The notes under the pieces are model-generated. The model had not been told where the DNA came from. It did not search any database and saw only the letters and a program-made list of their open reading frames with translations. DNA of 64,000 nucleotides. It comes from a virus (taxonomy: Duplodnaviria; Caudoviricetes). A program made the translations under genes and the position numbers. Where the stretch lies: the IMG/VR virus record IMGVR_UViG_3300021431_004509, positions 32,001 to 96,000 of that record; one strand, written 5' to 3'. Below, piece by piece: positions 50,184-60,470 of this stretch; position 1 is the stretch's first letter, and every line of letters starts with the position of its first letter.

Positions 50184-51584
50184 GTGGATCAAAAACACGG
50201 TCAAGCGCCTGTTTTGCAGGCACGAGTACTGGAAGGTCGGCAGCTATGAGGATTACGACGGCAGCGTTCGGTATTCTGTCCGGCATTACATCTGCCGCAA
50301 CTGCGGGAAAAGCATCTGGATCGACGGCCGCCTCGACAACATCGCCCATAATCTTTAGGAGGATGCCGCCATGAGTGGTGAACGGAAAGCAAAATACTCC
50401 CTCTGGGAGCTCATCGACGACTGCCGCCAGCGCGGTCCCGTGTGGGATGTGGATCTGCGTTGGTTTATGAGCGGGGAAAAGATCGGCGTCGTCGACAAGT
50501 TTACCGCAGAGGAGCAGTACGGCGAACGTCTCGTGATCAAGCATCGCCGGAACAAGACCAGGATTACGGCCTGGATTTACTGAGAGGCTATATGGGCAGC
50601 GATACAATGAATACTATCTGTATTTATAAGCAGATGACAAGCCGCTGGCGCTGTATGAAAAGCGAATGCTGCGGCTGCGACCCGTCCAAGGAATGTTATT
50701 GTCCGCCTCTCCCGGACAGTATTCGCTATATGCGGCCTGATTTCACCAACGAGACCGGGGACGACTATCCAAACTGAAAGGCAGAAAGGCAATTGAAAAC
50801 AACACAGAAAATCGAAACGCTGAAGTATGAATCGCCTGTCCTCGTCCATGATCGGGAAGCAAAGAAGCACGAATGGATCAGATGCAGCGATTCCATGCCT
50901 CCCATCGGGAAAATGGTTCGTGTATGGCGGGAAGGAATGCCTGAAGCTACCGCGGCTTACCTTCGCAGTGACGGAGAATTCGGTCTTGGCTATACCATCT
51001 GGAAGTATATGACCTACTGGGCGCCGATGTCTGCGCCCTTCGAACAGTAAGGAGTGAAACGATGGATAATCTGGAAGAGATCGTTCAGGCGTGTGGCTAC
51101 GACCCGGAGAAAATCGGGTGCGCAATCCTTGAGAAATGCGGCTACTTTGTCCAGAACTACGGCGGGTATGTCAGCATTTACGAGGGCGACCACATCCTCT
51201 GGATGGGAAGAACGGGTGGATAAGCGTGAACAGATGCACCGAATGGCGCGGCGAACACGCCGCGGTTTCCGATAACCACGTCAACTATATCGACCGCCTC
51301 GCAAAGTACGAAGACTCCGGCCTTGAACCCGAGGAAATCGCTGGTCTGGCAAATTTCCGCGAGCGCATGGATCACATCAAGGCTGTTCAGTACCGGCGAT
51401 ACTATAGCGAGCATGTGTTCCAGGATGTTGTCGCGTATTTCGACGACCGGAAAATCAATGATGATGAAGTTGAGAACGCCATCCGCCTTGATTCCTATGA
51501 CAGCAGAGTCGCGGTCATGCCACGTATACAGGCGGAAAAAGTGTTCGGCTTCAAGTGGGAACGGGATGGAGAAACGGAGCTTTT

Positions 51585-52610
51585 ATGATGACAATTGAAC
51601 AGATCAAAGAGATGGTCGCAGGGGAACAGTATGATTTCCTCAGAACAAATCCGCATCTCGGCGACAGGATCATTTTTCTGACACTCGGCGGCAGCTATGC
51701 CTATGGCACGAGTGTCGAGACATCCGATGTTGATGTCCGCGGCTGTGCCGTGAACAGTCCGAGTGACATCCTCGGTCTCTCCTCCTTCGAACAGGTCCTT
51801 GATAAAGCGACTGATACCACAATCTACGCTTTCAACAAGCTGATACCGCTGCTCCTCAACTGCAATCCAAATACGATTGAGCTTCTTGGCTGTAAGCCGG
51901 AGCATTATTTTTATCTCTCCGACCTCGGCAAACAGATGATCGAGAACCGGCATCTTTTCCTTTCACAGCGCGCTATTTCTTCCTTTGGCGGCTACGCAAA
52001 CCAGCAGCTTCGGCGGTTGGAAAACGCCATCGCCCGTGACGCTCTGCCGCAGGCAAGGCGCGAGGAACACATCATGCAGTCGATGGAGAACTCCAAAGCG
52101 GCATTCGAGCGCAAGTACACGGCCTTCCCGGAGGGCAGTATCAAACTTTACACAGACGATAGCACACGCGATGATCTTGACCGCGAGGTTTTTGCCGACA
52201 TTACGCTGCGTCATTTTCCCGCCAGGGAATTTCACAGTATGATCAATGATATGACAAACATCATCGGCTGTTATGAAAAACTTAACGGCAGGAACAGGAA
52301 GAAGGACGAAGACCATCTCAACAAGCACGCCATGCACCTCGTCAGGCTCTATCTGATGTGCCTGGATATCCTTGAAAAAGAAGAAATCCGCACATACAGA
52401 GGAGAAGACCGCGATATCCTGCTGGATATCCGGCATGGGGAGTACCAGCGCGAGGACGGCACTTACATGGACGAGTTCTTCCAACTGGTAAATGAGCTTG
52501 AGCAGCGCCTACAGTACGCAAAGGAGAACACAAGCCTCCCAAAGGTGCCAGACTACAATGCGGTCGAGGAATTTGTCATGGAAGTTAACAGAAAGGCAAT
52601 TGCTTTATGA
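51585..52610 (+). CDS. Pol-beta-superfamily nucleotidyltransferase (YcgL/RlaP-like)
   Basis: GGSYAYG....SDVDVRG motif; KHAMHLVRL. Confidence 0.85.
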   Translation: MMTIEQIKEMVAGEQYDFLRTNPHLGDRIIFLTLGGSYAYGTSVETSDVDVRGCAVNSPSDILGLSSFEQVLDKATDTTIYAFNKLIPLLLNCNPNTIELLGCKPEHYFYLSDLGKQMIENRHLFLSQRAISSFGGYANQQLRRLENAIARDALPQARREEHIMQSMENSKAAFERKYTAFPEGSIKLYTDDSTRDDLDREVFADITLRHFPAREFHSMINDMTNIIGCYEKLNGRNRKKDEDHLNKHAMHLVRLYLMCLDILEKEEIRTYRGEDRDILLDIRHGEYQREDGTYMDEFFQLVNELEQRLQYAKENTSLPKVPDYNAVEEFVMEVNRKAIAL

Positions 52611-54427
52611 AAACTTTAAGCAAAGAGACCAGGCTGGAAGCAGCGGTATCCAATATAGGCAAGTCTTACCAGGCGCATGTTCGTGTCGCACCGATTAAGC
52701 GTGACTACGGAGATCAGTATTATAAATACTCCTGCCCAATATGCGACTCTCTCGGCCTGAGATTCTCGCTTCCCAATGGCTCCGACAACTGTTTCTGTTG
52801 TGGCGTAAATCTTTATTGGGACGAATGAAAGGGAGCTTTTATCATGAAAGTTGGAGATTGCATCGGAGGTCTGTATAAAAAGACCCTCCAGGACGGAAGC
52901 GAAATATGGGAGCTTCTCGAAAGCAAAATCACAAAGATCGTACAAAACAGCCGTGGTACGAAGGTTTACTCGAAAAGATTCTATCCAATCGATAGAGAGG
53001 AAATCGAAGATAACACCGAACTTATGGCGGATGCTGACGGCTGGATTCTTACGAGAGAAATGGTGCTTCTCACTCCTGAGATTCGCAGCAAGTGTGAACG
53101 CTGGATTCAGTGGGCAAATGAGAACCCAGATAAGGCTGTCGGGCTTATCAGCGGTAAATGGAGGTAGGCTTTGATAATGAACGCTTTTGCCTATAACTTG
53201 CACGCTGAGCTGAATAACGACGGCTCCTATAGAGTCATGCTGTTTGACGTTGGTGAAGATGAGTCACCGATAGAGACCATCATCGAAAGAGCTAAGATCA
53301 CGATCGAATGCATGGGCGATGATGACCGCGTAAGCAACCGCCCGCTGCTTTTCATCGAGGAAGGAGAACGATTCTATGGCTGACATCTGCCCACTCGTCC
53401 CCGTTCCGCCGCATGGAGCATTGATTGACAGGACGAAACTTTGGGCGGAAATCAATAAGATTTGTGATCGTCGCGACGCAGGGATTATTTCTGATTTGAC
53501 CTGCCTCCAGCAGATCTTGTCAGCCGTCAGACACGCTCCCACTATCATCCCGGCGTCGGAGGTAAAAGAATGAGTGAATGGCTGATACGCTGCACGGATG
53601 ATCTCAAATCTGGGGCTTACTATGCCAGCGTGGATATTCACGATGGCGAGCAACCAGTTATGATTCTTTTCAGGAAAGATGGTGAAAAGACTTTTGTCGT
53701 AGGGCAAGGGGAGCCGGTAAATCCGCACGGCAATCTGATAGACCGGAAGGAGCTTTACTTCAATATGTTTGTCGGACCAGACGGAAAGGTGTTTCCAAAT
53801 AGGGACGTTGATAATTTCCCTCACGAAATGCGGTTCGAAGACATCAAGAGGTTTATCAGAAAAGCTCCTATTATTATCCCATCATCTGAATGAAAGTAGG
53901 CTTTTATCATGACTAATTTGGGAGGTGGACGAGTTCGATCCAGCAGGCGGATGGGATGATGACTGGCCTCGTGAAAGCGAGTACGACAGAATCCGAAGGC
54001 GTATTGAAGAAACGTGGCCCGATTGGAAAATCGATGTTGCCAACGAATATATTGAGTCTGTTCACGGTATAAAACTTCGCAAAGGTATGCAGAAGAGCAG
54101 GATGGGAGAAGGAGCAGAATGAAAGGATGTTTTGATTATGCTTGACGACTTGGTAGAGATACTTCGGAACTGCGCCGGCAATCCGGCTCCGTGTGCGGAG
54201 TGTCCTATGCACGATGATGATGCCTGCACGGATGACCTCTTGTACCAAGCAGCCAACGCTGTAGAGAAGCTTCGGTCTGAGATAGAGAAATATCGGCATG
54301 CCGCGTTTGTGATCGGTGAGACCTGCGTGGACGCTGACAAGTGTCACATTGCACCGGAAGCTGCGCTGCAAAAGATCCGCGAAAACATCTACTATACAAG
54401 GCACGAATGTAAAGGGGAGAGTGCCTG

Positions 54428-54952
54428 ATGTGGTGGAAAACGAAGTGCTGCTACTGCGGCAGGCCGATCCGGGTCGAGATCCCGCTCATCCTTGTGCTGC
54501 GCAACCGAGATCATCTGCAAGGAAACGCCTGTCTCCATTGCGTTCCGGCGGCCAGCATCCTTCGCAACGGAATCGACGAGAGTGCCTGGAACACAGAGGA
54601 ATACAAAGGAGTGTCAAACATGACGGGGAAATGTGCCGTCTGCGGCAAGCAGACAGAAGTCTACGTCGCAAGCTCTTCAATTGGTGCTGTGACGTACGCT
54701 TACTGCGAGGACTGTCTTCGTGCTGGTGCCGAGCCGTGGAGCGATCTGGTTTTTAATTGCGCGATCTGCGGACCGTACCCGGAATCCGTAAACACACAGT
54801 TCAGAGAGACCGTCCGCAACACCTGCAGACATCTCGGGAAAACGGAAGAAGAGTTTCAGGCGGATGTCAACGAAGCGATCCTCGATTGGGATGATCATAT
54901 GGAGCTGTTTGAGCAGTATGACGCTGAGAATCCGGAAGAACTTCCGTTCTGA
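54428..54952 (+). CDS. Multi-CxxC Zn-finger protein
   Basis: Several CxxC pairs. Confidence 0.55.
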   Translation: MWWKTKCCYCGRPIRVEIPLILVLRNRDHLQGNACLHCVPAASILRNGIDESAWNTEEYKGVSNMTGKCAVCGKQTEVYVASSSIGAVTYAYCEDCLRAGAEPWSDLVFNCAICGPYPESVNTQFRETVRNTCRHLGKTEEEFQADVNEAILDWDDHMELFEQYDAENPEELPF

Positions 54953-55594
54953 AAAGGAGAAACATGAACTACATTATCAAATTCATGGACGATCACGGCC
55001 TTGTGCGCGGTACGCCGTTCAAGATCGACATATCAAAGCGGCTCTGGTTCTGCTTCAACGAGGATTACGAGTTGGAGCTGGTCGTCCCTGACGAATATTT
55101 GGATATGTGCATGGACTACAAGGGTATTCTGCTCGGACTTCTTTACGGGAATTACACAATCACCGAGATCGCCGGACAGTAAAAGAGGAATTTCATCCAG
55201 AGAAAGGGGGTGCTGATATGATCGATGTCGATGGCATCAGGTCGTTTATCGCCGATAAAAACGTCATACAGTGCAGGGATTATGACCAGCGCAGCATCGT
55301 GCTTGGTATTCTGCGGGAGTGCGGGCTGGAAATAGGGTTTGACGAATCGGACTACCCGAACCATTTTTACGTCTCCTGCGGCATGTTTCATATGAATCAA
55401 ATCCATTGTGGCAATCGTGAACCTATTTGGCGAGATAGCCCGATCATCAGCGGGGAGGAATTTCTGCAGACCTTCTGCGGCTGGAAGCCGGAGAGTCGCG
55501 ACCGGGATTTCGCACCACCCACCATGGCGGAAATCGATTCGCTTTATCGCATTGAGCGCAAACATCTGATGCTGTAAAAGAATAACTCAAAAAG

Positions 55595-55782
55595 GCTCAT
55601 AATGAAAATTGATTCGCAGGAATCCCTCCTCGCTGTCAGTGGGAGGACCGCATGGGGTAAAAGCAGAGAAAGTTATAAAATGTTCTCGCGAACATTTTAT
55701 AACTTGCAAAAAGCGAGGGCTCTTGGCATTGCGACAGCATTCGCAGTCAACGCCAGGAATGCCGCCGCAATGGATTATGAGC
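55595..55782 (+). ncRNA. Retron-like msr-msd ncRNA unit 4 (divergent)
   Basis: GCTCATAAT/ATTATGAGC stem, G55604, GATTC/GAATC and CCTCC-T-CGCT-GTC-AGTG-GGAGG hairpins, 16-bp perfect internal hairpin. Confidence 0.75.
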
Positions 55783-55810
55783 GAAAAAATACTGAAAGAA
55801 AGGAGTCACA

Positions 55811-56176
55811 ATGAGTAGTCTTGATGTTTCCGGTTGGAATGTCGGCGATAGCGTCCGTTTGACGGAGTACGGGTTTAGGCATATCGAATCAAATGCCAAG
55901 CCTGTGTTTAATGATTTGCCGACCGGTGTGATCGTAGAAATTAACGAGGACTACTTCCCGCCGATCGGTGTGTCCTGGGACGTGATGCCTGGCAAACCAC
56001 TCCATGACTGTAAGGGACGCTGTGTAGATGGTACCGGGTGGTATGTGTGCCCGGATATGATTGAGAAGTTCGCGGCTTGCTTTGAAGACGCGGATTTTGA
56101 ACCGCCCCAGCCGATGGCAGAGGCGGATTTTTTACGCCTTGCTTACGACTGCGCGGCAGGCCGGAGCACGACCTAA
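55811..56176 (+). CDS. SH3-like HDCxG-family protein
   Basis: Paralog of 45386-45700. Confidence 0.7.
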   Translation: MSSLDVSGWNVGDSVRLTEYGFRHIESNAKPVFNDLPTGVIVEINEDYFPPIGVSWDVMPGKPLHDCKGRCVDGTGWYVCPDMIEKFAACFEDADFEPPQPMAEADFLRLAYDCAAGRSTT

Positions 56177-56407
56177 ACAATTTGAAAAGGAGAAATAACC
56201 CAAATGGATGGACGCAAGTACACTGTGGAATTTATCGTGGAAGTGGAAGCCGAGAGCGAGACTGAGGCGATCGAAATCGCCAAGGACGGCGTGATCTGTG
56301 ATAACGCCGACGTATATGTGAACGACGCTACCGTACTGGCGAGTCTGTATATCAGACCATCGATGTAGTACACGGCGGTTTTTGATTCTGCCGAAAGGGG
56401 GAGAGCC

Positions 56408-57223
56408 ATGGGCGAAATCGTAGACATCACCGGCGCTCCGGTCTATCAGACCATTGACGCAAAGGTACTCAGGAAGCAGAACACCAAGCTCCAGGCCGGG
56501 CTGATCGCACCGGCTAAGGAGCGCGTGGAAACAGAGCTCGCCCCGGAGCACACGTCCGAGCCGATCAAGGACATGGATGACATCATGCGGATCTCGGAGT
56601 ACCTGATCCAGCGCAAGCGGTACCGGGACAACATGCTCTTTATCGTCGGCATCAACTTCGGCCTGCGGGTTTCCGACCTTGTGCAGCTCCGCTTTTCCAA
56701 TCTCATCAACGACAACCTCACTTTCAAGGACAGCTTCCCGGTTTTTGAAAAGAAGACCAGGAACACCAGGAAGCAGAAGCGAAACCGCTACATCACCATC
56801 AACACCGCCGTGATCGAGGCGGTAACGCTGTATCTGGAAAACACGCCCGGCGTCAGCCTCTCGGACTACATGTTCCGCAGTGAGTCCAACAGAGGCGGGG
56901 ATTTGAACAATCCCATGCACAGGAATTCTGTCGACAGAATCCTCAAGGGGATCGCGGACGATCTGGATCTCAACATCCACGTCTCCACGCACACCCTGCG
57001 CAAGACCTTCGCGTATCACCAGATGGTCATGTCCAACAACGATCCGCGCAAACTGCTGCTCCTGTCGAAGATGATGGGGCACTCCTCCGTGGCGATCACG
57101 ATGGATTACATTGGCATCACCGGCGAGGAGATCGAGGAAGCGTACCGCTCTCTCAACCTCGGCAGCGCAGCGCATAACTATCTCAATTCAAACATCGGCG
57201 AGCGGGAAATCCTCGCCGTGTAA
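56408..57223 (+). CDS. Tyrosine recombinase (catalytic domain only)
   Basis: GLRVSD, HTLRKT, GHSS, Y. Confidence 0.9.
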   Translation: MGEIVDITGAPVYQTIDAKVLRKQNTKLQAGLIAPAKERVETELAPEHTSEPIKDMDDIMRISEYLIQRKRYRDNMLFIVGINFGLRVSDLVQLRFSNLINDNLTFKDSFPVFEKKTRNTRKQKRNRYITINTAVIEAVTLYLENTPGVSLSDYMFRSESNRGGDLNNPMHRNSVDRILKGIADDLDLNIHVSTHTLRKTFAYHQMVMSNNDPRKLLLLSKMMGHSSVAITMDYIGITGEEIEEAYRSLNLGSAAHNYLNSNIGEREILAV

Positions 57224-57238
57224 AAAGGAGGAACACAT

Positions 57239-59458
57239 TTGAGAACACTTCTTCTCCTTCGCGGCGCCCCGGGATGCGGGAAATCCACCTGGATTCGGGA
57301 GCACGGCCTGGAGGACTACGCGCTTTCCGCAGACAAGATCCGCATGATGTGCGCCGGGCCTAAGCTGATGCCGGATGGAACCGTCGCCATTGATGCGACC
57401 AATGACACCGTCGTCTGGAAAACGCTGTTTCAGCTTCTGGAAATCCGGATGCAGAACGGCGAGTTCACTGTCATCGACGCCACCAATTCCAAGGCTTCCG
57501 ACATCAACAAATACAAGGATCTCTGCGATTCTTACAAGTACCGTATCTACTGCGTCGACATGACGGATCTTCCCATCGAGACCTGTAAGGAGCGCAACCG
57601 CTCCAGACCGGAACTGCAGCAGGTTCCCGACGAGGCGATCGACAAGATGTACGCCCGGTTCGAGACACAGAAGATCCCCTCCGGCGTCACGGTGATCGGA
57701 CCTGACGAGCTGGACAGGATCTGGATGAAGCGCATCGACCTCTCCGAATACAAGGCCGTCCACCACATCGGGGACATCCACGGCAGCTATACGGCGCTGA
57801 TGGAGTATTTCAAGGACGGGCTCAAGGACGACGAGTGCTACATCTTCCTCGGCGATTACCTCGACCGAGGCATCGAAAACGCAGACGTCCTGAAATTCCT
57901 GCTGGAAATCTACGAGAAGCCGAACGTGTTCCTTTTGGAGGGGAACCATGAGCGTTGGCTTTGGGTGTACGGAAACGGCGGCACCACCAAGTCCAAGGAA
58001 TTTGAGTTCTTCACCAGGCCGGAGCTGGACGATGCCGGGATCGACAAGAAAGCGGTGCGGAAATTCTATCGCCGCATCGGGCAGTGCGCCTGGTATACCT
58101 ACCACGGCAGGGAAGTTTTTGTCTGCCACGGCGGGCTTTCCGCCATGCCGTCGAACCCGACGCTTGTCTCCACGCAACAGTTGATCAAGGGCGTCGGCAA
58201 CTACAAAGACCACAACACGATCGCAAAGAGCTTTGACGAGCGTGCCGCCGAGAATCTCATCCAGATCCACGCTCACCGGAATGTCAGCAGCTGCCCCATC
58301 AAGGAGAGCGAGCACTGCTATAACCTGGAGGGACATGTGGAATTCGGCGGGTTCCTCCGCTGCCTGAAGCTCACGCCTGACGGCGTCGAGGAATTTGAGA
58401 TCAAGAATACCGTCTTCCGCAAGGAAAACATCATCAACTACCAGCCGAAGACCCAGGATGAACATACGAAAACTTCCATCGGCGATCTGATCATGCGGCT
58501 TCGCAATAACCGCTACGTCCAGGAAAAGCGCTTCGGGGATATCTCTTCCTTCAACTTCACCAAGGCTGCCTTCTACGACAAGGTCTGGGACGAGCAGACC
58601 ATGAAAGCCCGCGGGCTTTACATCGACATCCCCCATCAGAAGATCGTCGCCAGGGCGTACGACAAGTTCTTCAACATCAACGAACGTCCTGAGACCAAGC
58701 TGGACATGCTGCCGTACAAGCTGACCTTCCCGGCCAGAGCTTACCGGAAGGAGAACGGCTTCCTCGGCATCGTCTCCTACCTCCAGGCAACGGATGACTT
58801 CTTCATCACCACCAAGTCCACACCGGACGGGGATTTTGCCCAGTGGTTCCGGGCTTTGTTTGAGACGCAGATCCGCCCGATCGACAGGGAATATCTCAAG
58901 CTCTTCCTGCGGGAACACGATGTCTCCGCCGTCTTCGAGTGTGTGGATATGGTTCACGACCCACACGTGATCGAGTACCCGGACAGCCGGATCTACCTGC
59001 TTGACCTGGTGGAAAACAAGATCCCGTTCTCCAAGCTCTCCTACGACGAGGTGCAGAACCTCGCAAGTACGCTCAAGATCCGGGCAAAGAAACTGGAGTA
59101 CGGCTTTGCCGACTGGCAGGAATTCTTCGACTGGTACAACACCGTTACCATGGACAGCAACAACGACCACATCGAGGGTTATGTGGTCGAGGGCGCCAAC
59201 GGGTATATGGTCAAGGTGAAGCTCCCGTACTACAACTTCTGGAAGCACATGCGCTCCGTTGCCCACTCAGTCATCAAGTCCGGCGGGATTCGCAAGGATC
59301 ACGCGGCCTCCTTGACAACGCCTCTGGCAAATCACTTCGTTGCCTGGGCAAAGACGCTGCACGATTCCCCGGATGTCGACAGCCTCCCGAAGGATATCTG
59401 CAATCTCAGACAGATGTTCTTCCAGTCTGACGAGGGAAAACCTTTCGCAGACTCGTAA
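57239..59458 (+). CDS. Polynucleotide kinase-phosphoesterase-RNA ligase fusion (RNA repair)
   Basis: GAPGCGKS and IDATN kinase; DIHG/GDYLDRG/GNHE phosphoesterase; KFFN, KENG, EGYV, KVK ligase motifs. Confidence 0.9.
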   Translation: MRTLLLLRGAPGCGKSTWIREHGLEDYALSADKIRMMCAGPKLMPDGTVAIDATNDTVVWKTLFQLLEIRMQNGEFTVIDATNSKASDINKYKDLCDSYKYRIYCVDMTDLPIETCKERNRSRPELQQVPDEAIDKMYARFETQKIPSGVTVIGPDELDRIWMKRIDLSEYKAVHHIGDIHGSYTALMEYFKDGLKDDECYIFLGDYLDRGIENADVLKFLLEIYEKPNVFLLEGNHERWLWVYGNGGTTKSKEFEFFTRPELDDAGIDKKAVRKFYRRIGQCAWYTYHGREVFVCHGGLSAMPSNPTLVSTQQLIKGVGNYKDHNTIAKSFDERAAENLIQIHAHRNVSSCPIKESEHCYNLEGHVEFGGFLRCLKLTPDGVEEFEIKNTVFRKENIINYQPKTQDEHTKTSIGDLIMRLRNNRYVQEKRFGDISSFNFTKAAFYDKVWDEQTMKARGLYIDIPHQKIVARAYDKFFNINERPETKLDMLPYKLTFPARAYRKENGFLGIVSYLQATDDFFITTKSTPDGDFAQWFRALFETQIRPIDREYLKLFLREHDVSAVFECVDMVHDPHVIEYPDSRIYLLDLVENKIPFSKLSYDEVQNLASTLKIRAKKLEYGFADWQEFFDWYNTVTMDSNNDHIEGYVVEGANGYMVKVKLPYYNFWKHMRSVAHSVIKSGGIRKDHAASLTTPLANHFVAWAKTLHDSPDVDSLPKDICNLRQMFFQSDEGKPFADS

Positions 59459-59572
59459 TCTTGGCGTGTAACCTGCGGTAGACAAGATAAATATACTGTC
59501 CGTCTTTACTTATATCGTAGGTTCGCAATACACACCGGCAATTTTTCACTCTTTTGCCGGTGTGTATCTTAT

Positions 59573-59658
59573 GCCGGTGTGTTGGAACAGGCAGACAAGG
59601 CGGCCTCAAAATCCGCTGGGCTCAGCCCTTCCGGGTTCAAGTCCCGGCACCGGCACCA
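59573..59658 (+). tRNA. tRNA-Leu(CAA)
   Basis: Cloverleaf, long variable arm, ACCA. Confidence 0.92.
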
Positions 59659-59743
59659 GCCAGCGTGGTGGAATTGGTATACATGTCCGACTTAAAATCG
59701 GGCGCCTTTCGGATTGAGGGTTCAAGTCCCTCCGCTGGCACCA
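59659..59743 (+). tRNA. tRNA-Leu(TAA)
   Basis: TCCGA-CTTAAAA-TCGGG, ACCA. Confidence 0.93.
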
Positions 59744-59744
59744 T

Positions 59745-59820
59745 GTGCCCTTAGCTCAGTTGGCAGAGCACCGGATTTTTAATCCGGATGTCGCGGGTTC
59801 AACTCCAGCAGGGCGCACCA
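59745..59820 (+). tRNA. tRNA-Lys(TTT)
   Basis: CCGGA-TTTTTAA-TCCGG, ACCA. Confidence 0.93.
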
Positions 59821-59866
59821 TCACAATTATTGAACCTTGAAAATTACATAAAGGAGTTGAGACCAG

Positions 59867-60469
59867 ATGGGTAAGGTCAAGTTCTCTCCCGGGAATTCCA
59901 AGATGGGCAGCATCCCAAGCGTGTCCCTTCCGGCAAAAAAGACCTGCCGGGAATGTGCCTGCTGGAACAAGTGCTATGCGGCAAAGCTGGAACGTCTGCG
60001 TCCCGCCGTGCGCAACGCGTACCAGAACAATCTGGACGTTCTCCTGCAGGATGAGGAAAGCTACTGGCGTGAGGTAGAAGCACAGATCATGCTCTCCCGC
60101 TTTTTCAGATTCCATGTGTCCGGCGACATCACAAGCGCCGCGTACCTGGAACACATGTGTGCCGTCGCTGCGCGGAATCCGCACTGCCAGATCCTCTGCT
60201 TCACCAAGAAGTACGAGCTCGTCAACCGCTGTGTGGGGAACGGGCTTTCTATCCCGGAGAACCTCCATCTGATCTTCAGCGGCTGGCCTGGTCTGGAAAT
60301 GGACAACCCCCATTCTTTCCCGGAAGCGCATGTCCTGTTTCGCGACGGTACTACGACGGCAAGAGAAGATGCCATTCCGTGCGGCGGAAACTGCACGGAA
60401 TGTGCTGTCACGGACAGCGGCTGCTGGACGTTGAAATATGGGGAACAGATCGTGTTTAAGGAGCACTGA
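59867..60469 (+). CDS. GP88-like Fe-S/radical-SAM-related protein
   Basis: GNSK, C..C.....CYA, FRFHVSGD, FTK, CxxxCxxC. Confidence 0.7.
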   Translation: MGKVKFSPGNSKMGSIPSVSLPAKKTCRECACWNKCYAAKLERLRPAVRNAYQNNLDVLLQDEESYWREVEAQIMLSRFFRFHVSGDITSAAYLEHMCAVAARNPHCQILCFTKKYELVNRCVGNGLSIPENLHLIFSGWPGLEMDNPHSFPEAHVLFRDGTTTAREDAIPCGGNCTECAVTDSGCWTLKYGEQIVFKEH

Positions 60470-60470
60470 G

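Noticed and set aside
35877-59266. Long antisense ORFs (35877-37910, 37654-38775, 56132-57175, 57188-59266; likewise 5376-6467 and 10068-10880)
   Set aside because: Shadows of codon-biased genes on the other strand; no motifs or RBS
56408-59820. attP/attL at tRNAs near the tyrosine recombinase
   Set aside because: No duplicated tRNA 3' end or host-phage boundary is visible; phage-type genes continue on both sides
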